From Bacilli bacterium (GTDB lineage: Bacteria > Bacillota_I > Bacilli_A > ML615J-28 > CAG-698), in contig JBMNLZ010000003.1 in the NCBI GenBank assembly GCA_050953065.1, positions 352,001 through 416,000 on the forward strand: DNA of 64,000 nt. The letters run 5' to 3'. Both the position numbers and the translations under genes were made by a program. How positions within the stretch are numbered: the stretch's first letter is position 1; every line of letters begins with the position of its first letter. Positions 1 through 8,336 of the stretch are shown in pieces. The notes under the pieces were generated by a model, which was given only the letters and a program-made list of their open reading frames with translations, had not been told where the DNA came from and ran no database searches.

Positions 1-1131
1 AAAAGCTTGAATTTCTAATGCTTCAATTAAAAGTTCACGTGCCTCTATCGGATTTCTAAAGAAATCATAATTATTTACATTATATACCTCAAATCCTGTT
101 TTCATTGAAATAAATAAATTATTATCTTCTAAAATACTAATAATTCTTTTAGTTGAAATTTGAACTGCACCTAAATTAATATCAGCACCGATAAAACGTC
201 TATTTTTCTTTAAAGCAACAGCTTGTGTTGTTCCTGAACCCATAAAGCAATCAAAAACTATATCTCCTTCATTTGAAGATGCATCAATAATTCGCTCAAT
301 AAGTGCTTCTGGTTTTTGTGTTGGATACCCTAATCTTTCTAATGCTTGAGAATTAATATAAGGAATATCCCATACATCTCTCATCCCAGACCATCTATAT
401 ACACCAGATTCGTCTTCAAAAAATTCTGTATCAGCAGCTCCATAATTCACAACTCCTGCTTTACGTCCTTTTGCCTTTGTATAAGACTTTTCTTTTTGTT
501 CATTAAAATTTCTATCTGCAGTTTTTGAATAAAACAATATATTATCATGCTGTTTATTAAATTCACCTTTTGCCCCTGATGCTGTTCTGTAAGACCATAT
601 TATTTCATTTACAAATTTATCAGGCCCAAATACTTCGTCCATTAGCATTCTAAGATGGTGCACCTTGTGCCAGTCACAATGTAGGTAAATTGATCCCTTA
701 TCACTAAGTAGTTCTCGTAATAAAATCAAGCGTTCATACATAAATTGAAGATACTCATCATTTGTCCATATATCACCATATTGCTTTTCTTCAAACATAT
801 TCTGGTCATTATAAATTGATTTCTTTCCCTTTAATTCTATTTTTTTCTTATAATTTGCTTTTGAATCAAAAGGCGGATCTATGTAAATAAGATCAATCAT
901 TCCCCGATAATCCCTTAAAAGATGGCTCATAACTTGTAGATTATCTCCCCAGAAAATCTTATTTAGCCATTCTGACTCATCAGCTTCACCGTATTTTTCT
1001 TTTAATTGTGCAGGGAAGAATTGAGTAGATGTATAAGGTCTTTTACCTGTCCACCTCAATTCGGGATATCCCTTAATTACAGGTTTATTAAAATTAAATA
1101 AATCCATTGTTTCATTTTTTTCTTTGCTCAT
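1..1131 (-). CDS. N6-adenine DNA methyltransferase, beta class, Type III R-M Mod-like; runs off the left edge
   Basis: Hand-translated from the ATG at 1131 (MSKEKNETMDLFNF). It has motif IV IYIDPPF, then GYPTQKPEALIERII and motif I VFDCFMGSGTT. The same frame reads ...EALEIQAF at position 1. Missing from the ORF track because it has no stop in the window. Confidence 0.9.
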   Translation of the reverse strand, partial: MSKEKNETMDLFNFNKPVIKGYPELRWTGKRPYTSTQFFPAQLKEKYGEADESEWLNKIFWGDNLQVMSHLLRDYRGMIDLIYIDPPFDSKANYKKKIELKGKKSIYNDQNMFEEKQYGDIWTNDEYLQFMYERLILLRELLSDKGSIYLHCDWHKVHHLRMLMDEVFGPDKFVNEIIWSYRTASGAKGEFNKQHDNILFYSKTADRNFNEQKEKSYTKAKGRKAGVVNYGAADTEFFEDESGVYRWSGMRDVWDIPYINSQALERLGYPTQKPEALIERIIDASSNEGDIVFDCFMGSGTTQAVALKKNRRFIGADINLGAVQISTKRIISILEDNNLFISMKTGFEVYNVNNYDFFRNPIEARELLIEALEIQAF

Positions 1132-1138
1132 AATTTAA

Positions 1139-3982
1139 TTACCTCCTCTTACAATAAAATCTTAAATCACAGTTTTTACAAATCTTAAGATCACTACATC
1201 GTTCTTCAAATTTTTTATTTTCTATTTTATCTACAACATCATCCAGAATCTTTATCGTTTCTTTTATTTGAGTGTCATCTTTTTTAAACGACAGATATGG
1301 ATTACCAGCAATTTCACTAGTGTAATATACTTTCATTCCACTAACTTTTACATCATACTTCTTTTCTATTAAGTACGCATATATTTCTAGTTGTCTTTTT
1401 ACTCTTTCAACCTTATCGATTTCTTTATTTAATATTGGTTTTTTCTCAGTTTTAAAGTCAAGCACTTCATATTGTCCTTTATCATTCAATATTAGATCAA
1501 CCTTACCGTTAAGTATATATTTCTTTTGTGATAAACTAATAGGCAATTCAGCATCTTTTATGATGTCCCAATTTTCAGATGCTCTTGCAACATAGGACAT
1601 TACTTGGTCAAATGCAGATTTTATGCTAGTTTCGTTTAAATAATAGTTATTTAATTTAGAAGCTGTTTTATAGTTAATCTCTAGCCACTTGCTGATATTA
1701 TCATCTGTAACTGTATCAATTTCACCTTTTACTACTGCTTTATGAATATCCTCAATTGTTTCATGGACAATAGTTCCAAATAAGGTTGAACCTATTCTAA
1801 CTGGTTCAAATCCTAATTCTTTAAAATATTTATATTGAGTAGGACAAATCAAATAAGCATTTATATCACTTGTAAAAGAGTATGCATTTTTAATATCTGT
1901 GTTTTTGATATCTTCAAAATCAAAATTTGTAAAATTAACTTCATATGGCAAATAATTATATATGTATTCAAAATATTTACTTGGTTCATTAGATTTTGAT
2001 GCATCACATAACATTATTAGCAGAGATTGAGCTCTTGAAAATGCAACATAATATAATCTCCAAAAATCAAACATTTTCATCATCTCAATTTCTTCAAATG
2101 GCCCTCTTCCTGAATATCTTGAAATGATATCTTCGATGTCTTCGATATATTGTTTTCTTGGAGTAGAGCTTTGTGAACCAACAAAAACTATAGGAAATTC
2201 TAGTCCTTTTGATTGGTGAATTGTCAAAAATGAAACACATCCACTTGGTGCATACTCACTTTCATCTTCATACTCTGTAATTCCGCCTTCATAAAGGAAT
2301 CTGATATATTGATTAAATAATCTTTCTACCATTTTGTCTATGTTTAATTTTGTTAAAACGGATACATTATTTAGATACTCGAACTTCACCAATAGTTTAA
2401 TCAACAAACCTACATTTCTAGATATTCTTGTATCGGTTATATTCTTAGTTAAATCAACACTAAGCAATGAGCGAAAAGGTTCAAATTCTAACATTTGATA
2501 TAACAATCCAGAAAATGAATAATCTAGTGATTTACTCATAAACATATGATCTTTTGTTCTGAATCTCATCCAGTTAAAGAAGTTTTTATATTCAGGTTTG
2601 GATAATTCATCTTTTGCTTCCATAAGGCAAGATTGATAATAAAAATTCATTTCTTTAGATTCCTCATTTTTTTGTACTTTTGTTGCATATTTAGGAAACA
2701 TAAAGATCAAACTACCCAATATTAGTTTCGTCTCATGTCTATCAAAAAAAAGATTTGATCGCGGAGAATATACAGGTATTTCATTTTTTTCAAGATAATC
2801 TGCTAAAGATTTAACACTTTCGTTTTTTACAGATCTAAACAAGAATGCAATCTGATTTAAATCTTTTATTTTACCTGAATCTATTAGTTTATTTATTGTA
2901 AGTAGAGTTTTTTCATTTATATAATCTTTTTCTTTAGTAGAACATTGTATAACTGCCGTTTCGACATATTTATCAGTTCTGACAGCAACTATTTTTTTCT
3001 CATATCTATACTTGCCCCAATCAAAATCAAAGCCTCTACCGTCTGTTGAATCCATCCATTTATTATAGAATTTAACAATGTCTTTATTTGAACGATAGTT
3101 TTTAATTAAAGCTATCTTTTTACAATTGTCAAAATGTTTAGGAAATTCTAAAATGTTTCTAACTGTGGCTCCTCTAAATCTATAAATTGCTTGGTCATCA
3201 TCACCCACAACACAAATATTGTTGCGCTTAGAACCAAAAAACATAGCTAGTTTCTCTTGTATGTGGTTTGTATCCTGATATTCATCAATCATTACATAAT
3301 CTATTGAATTAATAATTTTGTTAGCTACTTCAGGATAAGCTTTCAACATTTTATAGGTTTCAACCTGTATAGATGAAAAATCCAAGAAGTTATTTTCTAT
3401 TCTTAAACTTTCATAAGTTTGGATTAGTTTCCCAAAAAATATATAAGTTGGATTATCGCTTTTTAGTAATTCTTCATAATCAATCAATTCTTCGTTTAAT
3501 CGATTAACATACTTTAATATTGATTCGCATTTATCCCAAAAAGACCGAGTAGATATATAATTATCAAAGTTCTCAATCGCTTTGAAATCGCTAAAATGTT
3601 GATATATGAAATATTGTTGATCAAATTGATCTTTAAGATTAAAGTTCTTTTTTAAACTAGTATAGGCTATATTTTCTTTTAAAATTTTTAAACAAATAGA
3701 GTGAAAAGTACCTAAATACATCTCATTAGGATTAAATTCTATATTGTTCTCATTTAATGCATTTGAAAGCCTTGTTATCAATTCATTTGCCGCTTTATCA
3801 GTAAATGTTGAAAATAAAATATTAGATGGTGAAATTTTTTTATTGACGATCAGATTTAAAGCTCTATTAATAAGTGTATAGGTCTTACCAGTACCTGGGC
3901 CAGCAATAACTAATAATGGTCCTTCAGTCGACAATATTACTTTTAATTGATCGTCATTAGCTTTCTTAAATTTTAATTTCAT
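1139..3982 (-). CDS. UvrD/PcrA (SF1A) helicase fused to a C-terminal PD-(D/E)XK nuclease with probable Fe-S cysteines
   Basis: Helicase motifs AGPGTGKT, IDEYQD, VGDDDQAIYRFRGA, NYRS, TIHQSKGLEF and YVAFSRA. C-terminal CPTQY...GKVD...LDFKT...QLEIY...C-x5-CxxC-x5-C resembles AddB/Cas4-type nucleases. Confidence 0.9.
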   Translation of the reverse strand: MKLKFKKANDDQLKVILSTEGPLLVIAGPGTGKTYTLINRALNLIVNKKISPSNILFSTFTDKAANELITRLSNALNENNIEFNPNEMYLGTFHSICLKILKENIAYTSLKKNFNLKDQFDQQYFIYQHFSDFKAIENFDNYISTRSFWDKCESILKYVNRLNEELIDYEELLKSDNPTYIFFGKLIQTYESLRIENNFLDFSSIQVETYKMLKAYPEVANKIINSIDYVMIDEYQDTNHIQEKLAMFFGSKRNNICVVGDDDQAIYRFRGATVRNILEFPKHFDNCKKIALIKNYRSNKDIVKFYNKWMDSTDGRGFDFDWGKYRYEKKIVAVRTDKYVETAVIQCSTKEKDYINEKTLLTINKLIDSGKIKDLNQIAFLFRSVKNESVKSLADYLEKNEIPVYSPRSNLFFDRHETKLILGSLIFMFPKYATKVQKNEESKEMNFYYQSCLMEAKDELSKPEYKNFFNWMRFRTKDHMFMSKSLDYSFSGLLYQMLEFEPFRSLLSVDLTKNITDTRISRNVGLLIKLLVKFEYLNNVSVLTKLNIDKMVERLFNQYIRFLYEGGITEYEDESEYAPSGCVSFLTIHQSKGLEFPIVFVGSQSSTPRKQYIEDIEDIISRYSGRGPFEEIEMMKMFDFWRLYYVAFSRAQSLLIMLCDASKSNEPSKYFEYIYNYLPYEVNFTNFDFEDIKNTDIKNAYSFTSDINAYLICPTQYKYFKELGFEPVRIGSTLFGTIVHETIEDIHKAVVKGEIDTVTDDNISKWLEINYKTASKLNNYYLNETSIKSAFDQVMSYVARASENWDIIKDAELPISLSQKKYILNGKVDLILNDKGQYEVLDFKTEKKPILNKEIDKVERVKRQLEIYAYLIEKKYDVKVSGMKVYYTSEIAGNPYLSFKKDDTQIKETIKILDDVVDKIENKKFEERCSDLKICKNCDLRFYCKRR

Positions 3983-4185
3983 TTGCTGTTCTCACTATTT
4001 ACAACACTAATATTATTTTCTTTACATAATTCTACAATTTTTCTCTTTGTCTTAATAGTTGGTTCGTACCTACCTGTTTCCCACCTATTGATTGATGCAA
4101 AGGACACACCAAGCAAATCAGCAAACTCCTGTTGAGATAAAATGAGTTTTTCTCTTAATTCTTTCACTATTCGTTGATAGTCCAT
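3979..4185 (-). CDS. Xre/Cro-family HTH transcriptional regulator
   Basis: LSQQEFADLLGVSFASINRWETGRYEP. GGAGG RBS. ATGA overlap with the helicase gene. Confidence 0.9.
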   Translation of the reverse strand: MDYQRIVKELREKLILSQQEFADLLGVSFASINRWETGRYEPTIKTKRKIVELCKENNISVVNSENSK

Positions 4186-4211
4186 ATATGCCTCCTATTT
4201 TAATCGCTCAC

Positions 4212-4250
4212 TATAATCATTATTATAACACTTTATAATCATTTTGTCTA
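4212..4250 (-). promoter_or_regulatory. Sigma-A promoter of the xre-helicase-MTase operon with overlapping repeats
   Basis: Minus strand TAGACA-17 bp-TATAAT with an extended -10 TG. TATAATCATT occurs twice on the plus strand (4212-4221, 4234-4243). Confidence 0.65.
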
Positions 4251-4293
4251 TAAAATGTGGAATAAGTATCTTATTTATCTCATTTTTTTCTCA

Positions 4294-4382
4294 AATCGTT
4301 CAATTTATGGGGTAATCGTTAAAATGGTGGGTAATCGTTCAATTTATGGGGTAATCGTTAAAAAGTAGGGTAATCGTTCAAT
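4294..4382. repeat. Tandem array of alternating 20/19-bp units with core (GGGT)AATCGTT
   Basis: AATCGTT begins at 4294, 4314, 4333, 4353 and 4372. Units 1 and 3 are identical (AATCGTTCAATTTATGGGGT). Confidence 0.9.
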
Positions 4383-4396
4383 AGTTGATTTTTTTT

Positions 4397-4443
4397 AAAA
4401 AAAAAGACCTGCAAATAGCCTATATAATGACTACTGCAGGTCT
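4397..4443 (-). terminator. Second intrinsic terminator downstream of ssrA
   Basis: Minus strand AGACCTGCAGTAGTC-loop-GGCTATTTGCAGGTCT followed by a long T run. Confidence 0.7.
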
Positions 4444-4496
4444 CACTTTGTCTCGCTGCTGAGTGAATATAGGGATTTTTGCCCTTTATTCAAAAT

Positions 4497-4527
4497 AAAA
4501 AAGGCTCAATACGATTGTATCAAACCT
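4497..4527 (-). terminator. Intrinsic terminator immediately after ssrA
   Basis: Minus strand AGGTTTGATAC-AATC-GTATTGAGCCT-TTTTT, with G-U pairs. Confidence 0.75.
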
Positions 4528-4539
4528 ATTCATCTAATA

Positions 4540-4892
4540 TGGTGGAATAGGGGGGAGTTGAACCCCCGTCCAAACTACAATCCATACTAATCTCTACATG
4601 CTTAGTTCATTGTAATAGTTTTAATTTATCAGTCAACATAGAACTAACTACTAATAAACTAGCTCTTTAATCTCGAAATCTTAGTAAGAGCATTCTAAGA
4701 TTTCATCCCCTAATGTCTTGCTCTTTATAAAGAACCTTAAGGGGTAATTCTTTACAAGAGTGCTACTATTTAATTAAGCAGCAAAAGCTAAATTTTGTGT
4801 TCCGGTTATTAAAAAAACCTCGGCGTTTTTACTAGCGCAACCTAGGCATGCAATTAGAACTTCAAATAGCCTGTCGAATCCAGAACTATCCC
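4540..4892 (-). ncRNA. ssrA: tmRNA; predicted tag (A)GTQNLAFAA at 4774-4803
   Basis: 5' GGGATAGTTCTGGATTCGAC and 3' GGTTCAACTCCCCCCTATTCCACCA. Acceptor stem has the G3-U alanine determinant. The tag frame follows ATAACC and ends in AA-stop. Close to smpB. Confidence 0.95.
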
Positions 4893-4904
4893 ATATATAT
4901 TATA

Positions 4905-5261
4905 TCATAAAATTGATATAATTGCATATATTATTATAAAAATTGATAATCCAACACCAATATAAGCCATTATATTACCAACATTTTTTAAAGGTATTAG
5001 TTTAGCTTTACTAGGTTTTTTATAAAACCTAAAAGCTAAAAAACTAAATAAGAAAATTGGTATCATCATACTTAATAATCCAAAAACAAAAGTCAAGATA
5101 GGATTATCAATTAAGTCTGATTCTTTCCCTTTTTCTACCTTATCATCTTCTTTTGGTTTAATGTATTTTAAATACATTTCATGTTCTTTAAAATTAAAAC
5201 CGCATTCTTCACATACTATTGCATCATCCAAAGACTCTTTTCCACATCTAAGACACTTCAT
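4905..5261 (-). CDS. Zinc-ribbon membrane protein (CxxC...CxxC plus two hydrophobic segments, DUF4190-like)
   Basis: CLRC...CEEC followed by two transmembrane stretches. TAATG coupling to smpB. Confidence 0.7.
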   Translation of the reverse strand: MKCLRCGKESLDDAIVCEECGFNFKEHEMYLKYIKPKEDDKVEKGKESDLIDNPILTFVFGLLSMMIPIFLFSFLAFRFYKKPSKAKLIPLKNVGNIMAYIGVGLSIFIIIYAIISIL

Positions 5262-5707
5262 TAGTATTTCATCCTCTTCTTTATATCTTTTAAAACTTCT
5301 GCTTTTTTTAATGTTTCTCTTTTATCATAAAGTTTTTTACCCTTAGCTAGTGCTACTTTTACTTTAGCTAATGCTTTATCAAAATAAACTTCTAAAGGAA
5401 TTAAAGTCAAGCCTTCTTGAGAAACTTTTCCTGAAAGTTTTCTTATTTCACTTTTATGAGCTAAGAGTTTTCTTTCACGAGTTTCTTTATGATTAAAAAT
5501 ATTACCTTGCTCATATTTAGCAATATGCATATTGATAATAAAAAGTTCATTGTTTTTAATTAAACAATATGCATCTTGGATTGAAACTTTAGAAGCTCTT
5601 AAAGACTTTATTTCAGTCCCAGTTAAAACTATCCCACATTCTAAAGTTTCAAGGATAAAATAATCATGATTTGCTTTTTTGTTTCTGGCGATACTTTTTA
5701 TTGCCAT
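5261..5707 (-). CDS. smpB: SsrA-binding protein
   Basis: IARNKKANHDY, GIVLTGTEIKSLR, RKLLAHK, KGKKLYDKRE. Confidence 0.97.
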   Translation of the reverse strand: MAIKSIARNKKANHDYFILETLECGIVLTGTEIKSLRASKVSIQDAYCLIKNNELFIINMHIAKYEQGNIFNHKETRERKLLAHKSEIRKLSGKVSQEGLTLIPLEVYFDKALAKVKVALAKGKKLYDKRETLKKAEVLKDIKKRMKY

Positions 5708-7781
5708 TGTTACTACCTCTGTTTATTATTTTAAAATCAATTTCACGTTCTTTTTTACTAGCTTTAGTTACCATTACTTCTACTTTATCACCAATTCTAT
5801 AAACTTTATTTTTTCTTCCTTCTAGCGTCATATTAACAGGATTATATGTATAATAATCATCTGTCATTGAAGAAAAAGAAACAAAACCTTCAATTGTTCT
5901 TTTTACAGTAACAAACATCCCAAAACTAGTAATTGATGAAATAACTCCCATAAACTTTTCACCAATATATTTTTCCATATATTCAGCCTTTAACATATCA
6001 GCTACTTCATATTCTAATTCATCAGCTTCACGTTCTTTTTGACTAGATTGCTTTGCAATCTCTGAAATTTTTTTATTTAAGCCATCTGTTTCTAATACAT
6101 CATGATCTACTAAATATCTTCTAAGTAATCTATGAACAAGCAAATCAGGATATCTTCTAATTGGAGCTGTAAAGTGAGTATAGGTTTCACTTGCCAGTCC
6201 AAAATGACCTAAGTTTTCATGAGAATATCTTGCTTTAGCCATCATTCTTAAAACTAAATTTTTTAAGCCAACATTTTCTTCATCAATTTTTTCTAATAAC
6301 TTTTGAAGTTCTTTAGGATATACTTTATTATTTTTTAATTTAAATGAATATCCTAAATCTCTAACTACACCTGCAAAACTTCTAATTTTTTCATAATTTG
6401 GTTGTTCATGAATTCTATAGATGAATGGTAAGTCCATATGTTTAATGGTTGATGCTACTGTTTCATTAGCAATCAACATAAACTCTTCAATGATTCTTTC
6501 TGAAACACCTCTTTCATCAGGGATTATATCTTCTACTTCTCCTGTTTCATCTAGAATGATTTTAGCTTCATCTAAATCAAAATCAATTGCTCCTCGCCAA
6601 TTTCTCATTTCATTTAGTAATCCAGCTAATTCTTCCATAGAAAATAAATCTTCAGCAATATCTTTATATTTAAAGATTACTTCTCTATATCCATCAAGCA
6701 ATAGATTAATTTCTTCATAAGTTAATCTATGACAAGATTTAATATAGGAAGGAAAAATCTCACTTCTAACAACTTCACCTTTAAAATCTATTTCCATCTC
6801 ACAAGCCATTACTAATTTTAAAGTATCAGGAAGTAGTGAACATAAATCATTACTTAACCTTTCAGGTAACATAGGAATAACTCTATCTACTGGATAAACA
6901 CTAGTCCCTCTTTCTAATGCTTCAAGGTCAGTAAAACTATTTTCTTTAACATAGAAACTAACATCAGCAATATAAACTCCTAATAATTTATTTCCATTAT
7001 CTAAAAATTTTATGCCAATTGCATCATCTAAATCTTTAGCAGTTGCTCCATCGATTGTAAAAATCCTATCACAGCTTGGAGCTTTTCTTTTATCAATTTC
7101 ACTTAAATCAAATTTTAAATTATTAACTTCATTTAAAACACTCTCATCAAAGCTTAAATTAAAATTATATTTTAAAGCAAGCGTAGTTATCTCTATTCCA
7201 ATATCATCTTTTTTACCATAAATATCTATAACATTAACAATTAACTTATCTTTATAATATTCAATAACTTCAGCTTTAACAAAATCTTTTTCTTTGGCAT
7301 TCTTAACATCTTTTACTTCAACTAAAATATTAGAATTAGAATCTATAAAATAACGGTTACTTATTTTATATAATTCTCCATAAACATATTTAGTGCTTCT
7401 TTTAATAATCTTTAAAACTCTTGCTTCATCTTTATTAATTTTATGATTATATTCAACTTTGACTAAAATTATATCTTTATCTAAAGCACCATTAATATCA
7501 TCACTTGCAATATAAACATCCTTTACTAATTCATCACTCTTAAAAAAACCATAGCCTTGTTTTTTTAAATTTAACTCTCCGATATACATATTAAATCTTG
7601 AAAGAAGATTATATCTATTCTTGACAACTGCAATAATGTTTTCTTCAACTAAACTATCTAGATCATCCCTTAACTGATCTTTTTCTTTAGAATTAGTTAA
7701 ATTAAAAAACAAAACAAATTCATCAAATGTTTTAGCTTTATAATCTATTTCTTTAATTATCTCTAAAATTCTTTCTTTCAT
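5664..7781 (-). CDS. rnr: Ribonuclease R
   Basis: RNB motifs FTIDGATAKDLDDA and YTHFTAPIRRYPDL, C-terminal S1 domain, secG-rnr-smpB synteny. Confidence 0.93.
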   Translation of the reverse strand: MKERILEIIKEIDYKAKTFDEFVLFFNLTNSKEKDQLRDDLDSLVEENIIAVVKNRYNLLSRFNMYIGELNLKKQGYGFFKSDELVKDVYIASDDINGALDKDIILVKVEYNHKINKDEARVLKIIKRSTKYVYGELYKISNRYFIDSNSNILVEVKDVKNAKEKDFVKAEVIEYYKDKLIVNVIDIYGKKDDIGIEITTLALKYNFNLSFDESVLNEVNNLKFDLSEIDKRKAPSCDRIFTIDGATAKDLDDAIGIKFLDNGNKLLGVYIADVSFYVKENSFTDLEALERGTSVYPVDRVIPMLPERLSNDLCSLLPDTLKLVMACEMEIDFKGEVVRSEIFPSYIKSCHRLTYEEINLLLDGYREVIFKYKDIAEDLFSMEELAGLLNEMRNWRGAIDFDLDEAKIILDETGEVEDIIPDERGVSERIIEEFMLIANETVASTIKHMDLPFIYRIHEQPNYEKIRSFAGVVRDLGYSFKLKNNKVYPKELQKLLEKIDEENVGLKNLVLRMMAKARYSHENLGHFGLASETYTHFTAPIRRYPDLLVHRLLRRYLVDHDVLETDGLNKKISEIAKQSSQKEREADELEYEVADMLKAEYMEKYIGEKFMGVISSITSFGMFVTVKRTIEGFVSFSSMTDDYYTYNPVNMTLEGRKNKVYRIGDKVEVMVTKASKKEREIDFKIINRGSNNGNKKYRQKQKSKS

Positions 7782-7853
7782 TTAAAATTACTCTTTTCTT
7801 TAAATTTTTTAAAAAGAAAAAGGCCTTTTTATCAAGGCCTATTTTTCTATTTT

Positions 7854-8090
7854 TTATCCTAAGCGGTCAATAAAGAAAGAAGCAATAATCGCAAGGATAA
7901 AGAAAGTAACAGAAAGGATTCCAGTAATTCTGCTAATCCAAAGTTCAGCTCCACGTTCTTTACGATTTGCAAACAAATCAGATTTTTCTCCAGAAAAAGC
8001 TGATGATGCATCTTCTTTAGACTCTTGTAATACTATAATAGTAATTAATAAGCATGATACGATTAATAATAAAATATCAATAAAAGTCAT
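7854..8090 (-). CDS. secG: Preprotein translocase subunit SecG
   Basis: Two TM helices around IVLQESK...SSAFSG...LF...RGAE. Synteny with rnr. Confidence 0.92.
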   Translation of the reverse strand: MTFIDILLLIVSCLLITIIVLQESKEDASSAFSGEKSDLFANRKERGAELWISRITGILSVTFFILAIIASFFIDRLG

Positions 8091-8292
8091 TTGGTTCCTC
8101 CAACTAATTTTTAGTAAGATAACTATATTTTTTAACTAGCATTGTTATTATAACACAAAGACATTTACAAAATCAACCCTTAAATTATAAATTTATTATT
8201 CTGTTTGCAACGATTAAGTTGTTGATTGTTTCATTTTACAACGATTAGAGTTTATATCGTTGCATTATAAACAATTTCCTTTTTAAAATTAA

Positions 8293-8330
8293 TAAAGAGA
8301 AAAAATACATTTTTATATTTTTTCTCTTTT
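8293..8330 (-). terminator. Probable terminator after lon
   Basis: Inverted repeat AAAGAGAAAAAATA...TATTTTTTCTCTTT. Confidence 0.55.
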
Positions 8331-8336
8331 ATTTTT

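Noticed and set aside
346-528. 60-aa plus-strand ORF
   Set aside because: Antisense to the methyltransferase gene, with no RBS or recognisable motif.
1139-3982. Housekeeping pcrA, addA or Gabija gajB
   Set aside because: PcrA and GajB lack the C-terminal Fe-S nuclease, no addB or gajA partner is adjacent, and the context is xre plus a methyltransferase.
4294-4382. Possible CRISPR array next to a Cas4-like nuclease domain
   Set aside because: The period is only 19-20 bp, the intervening sequences repeat rather than being unique spacers, and there are no cas1/cas2 genes. The nuclease is a helicase-fused AddB-like domain.
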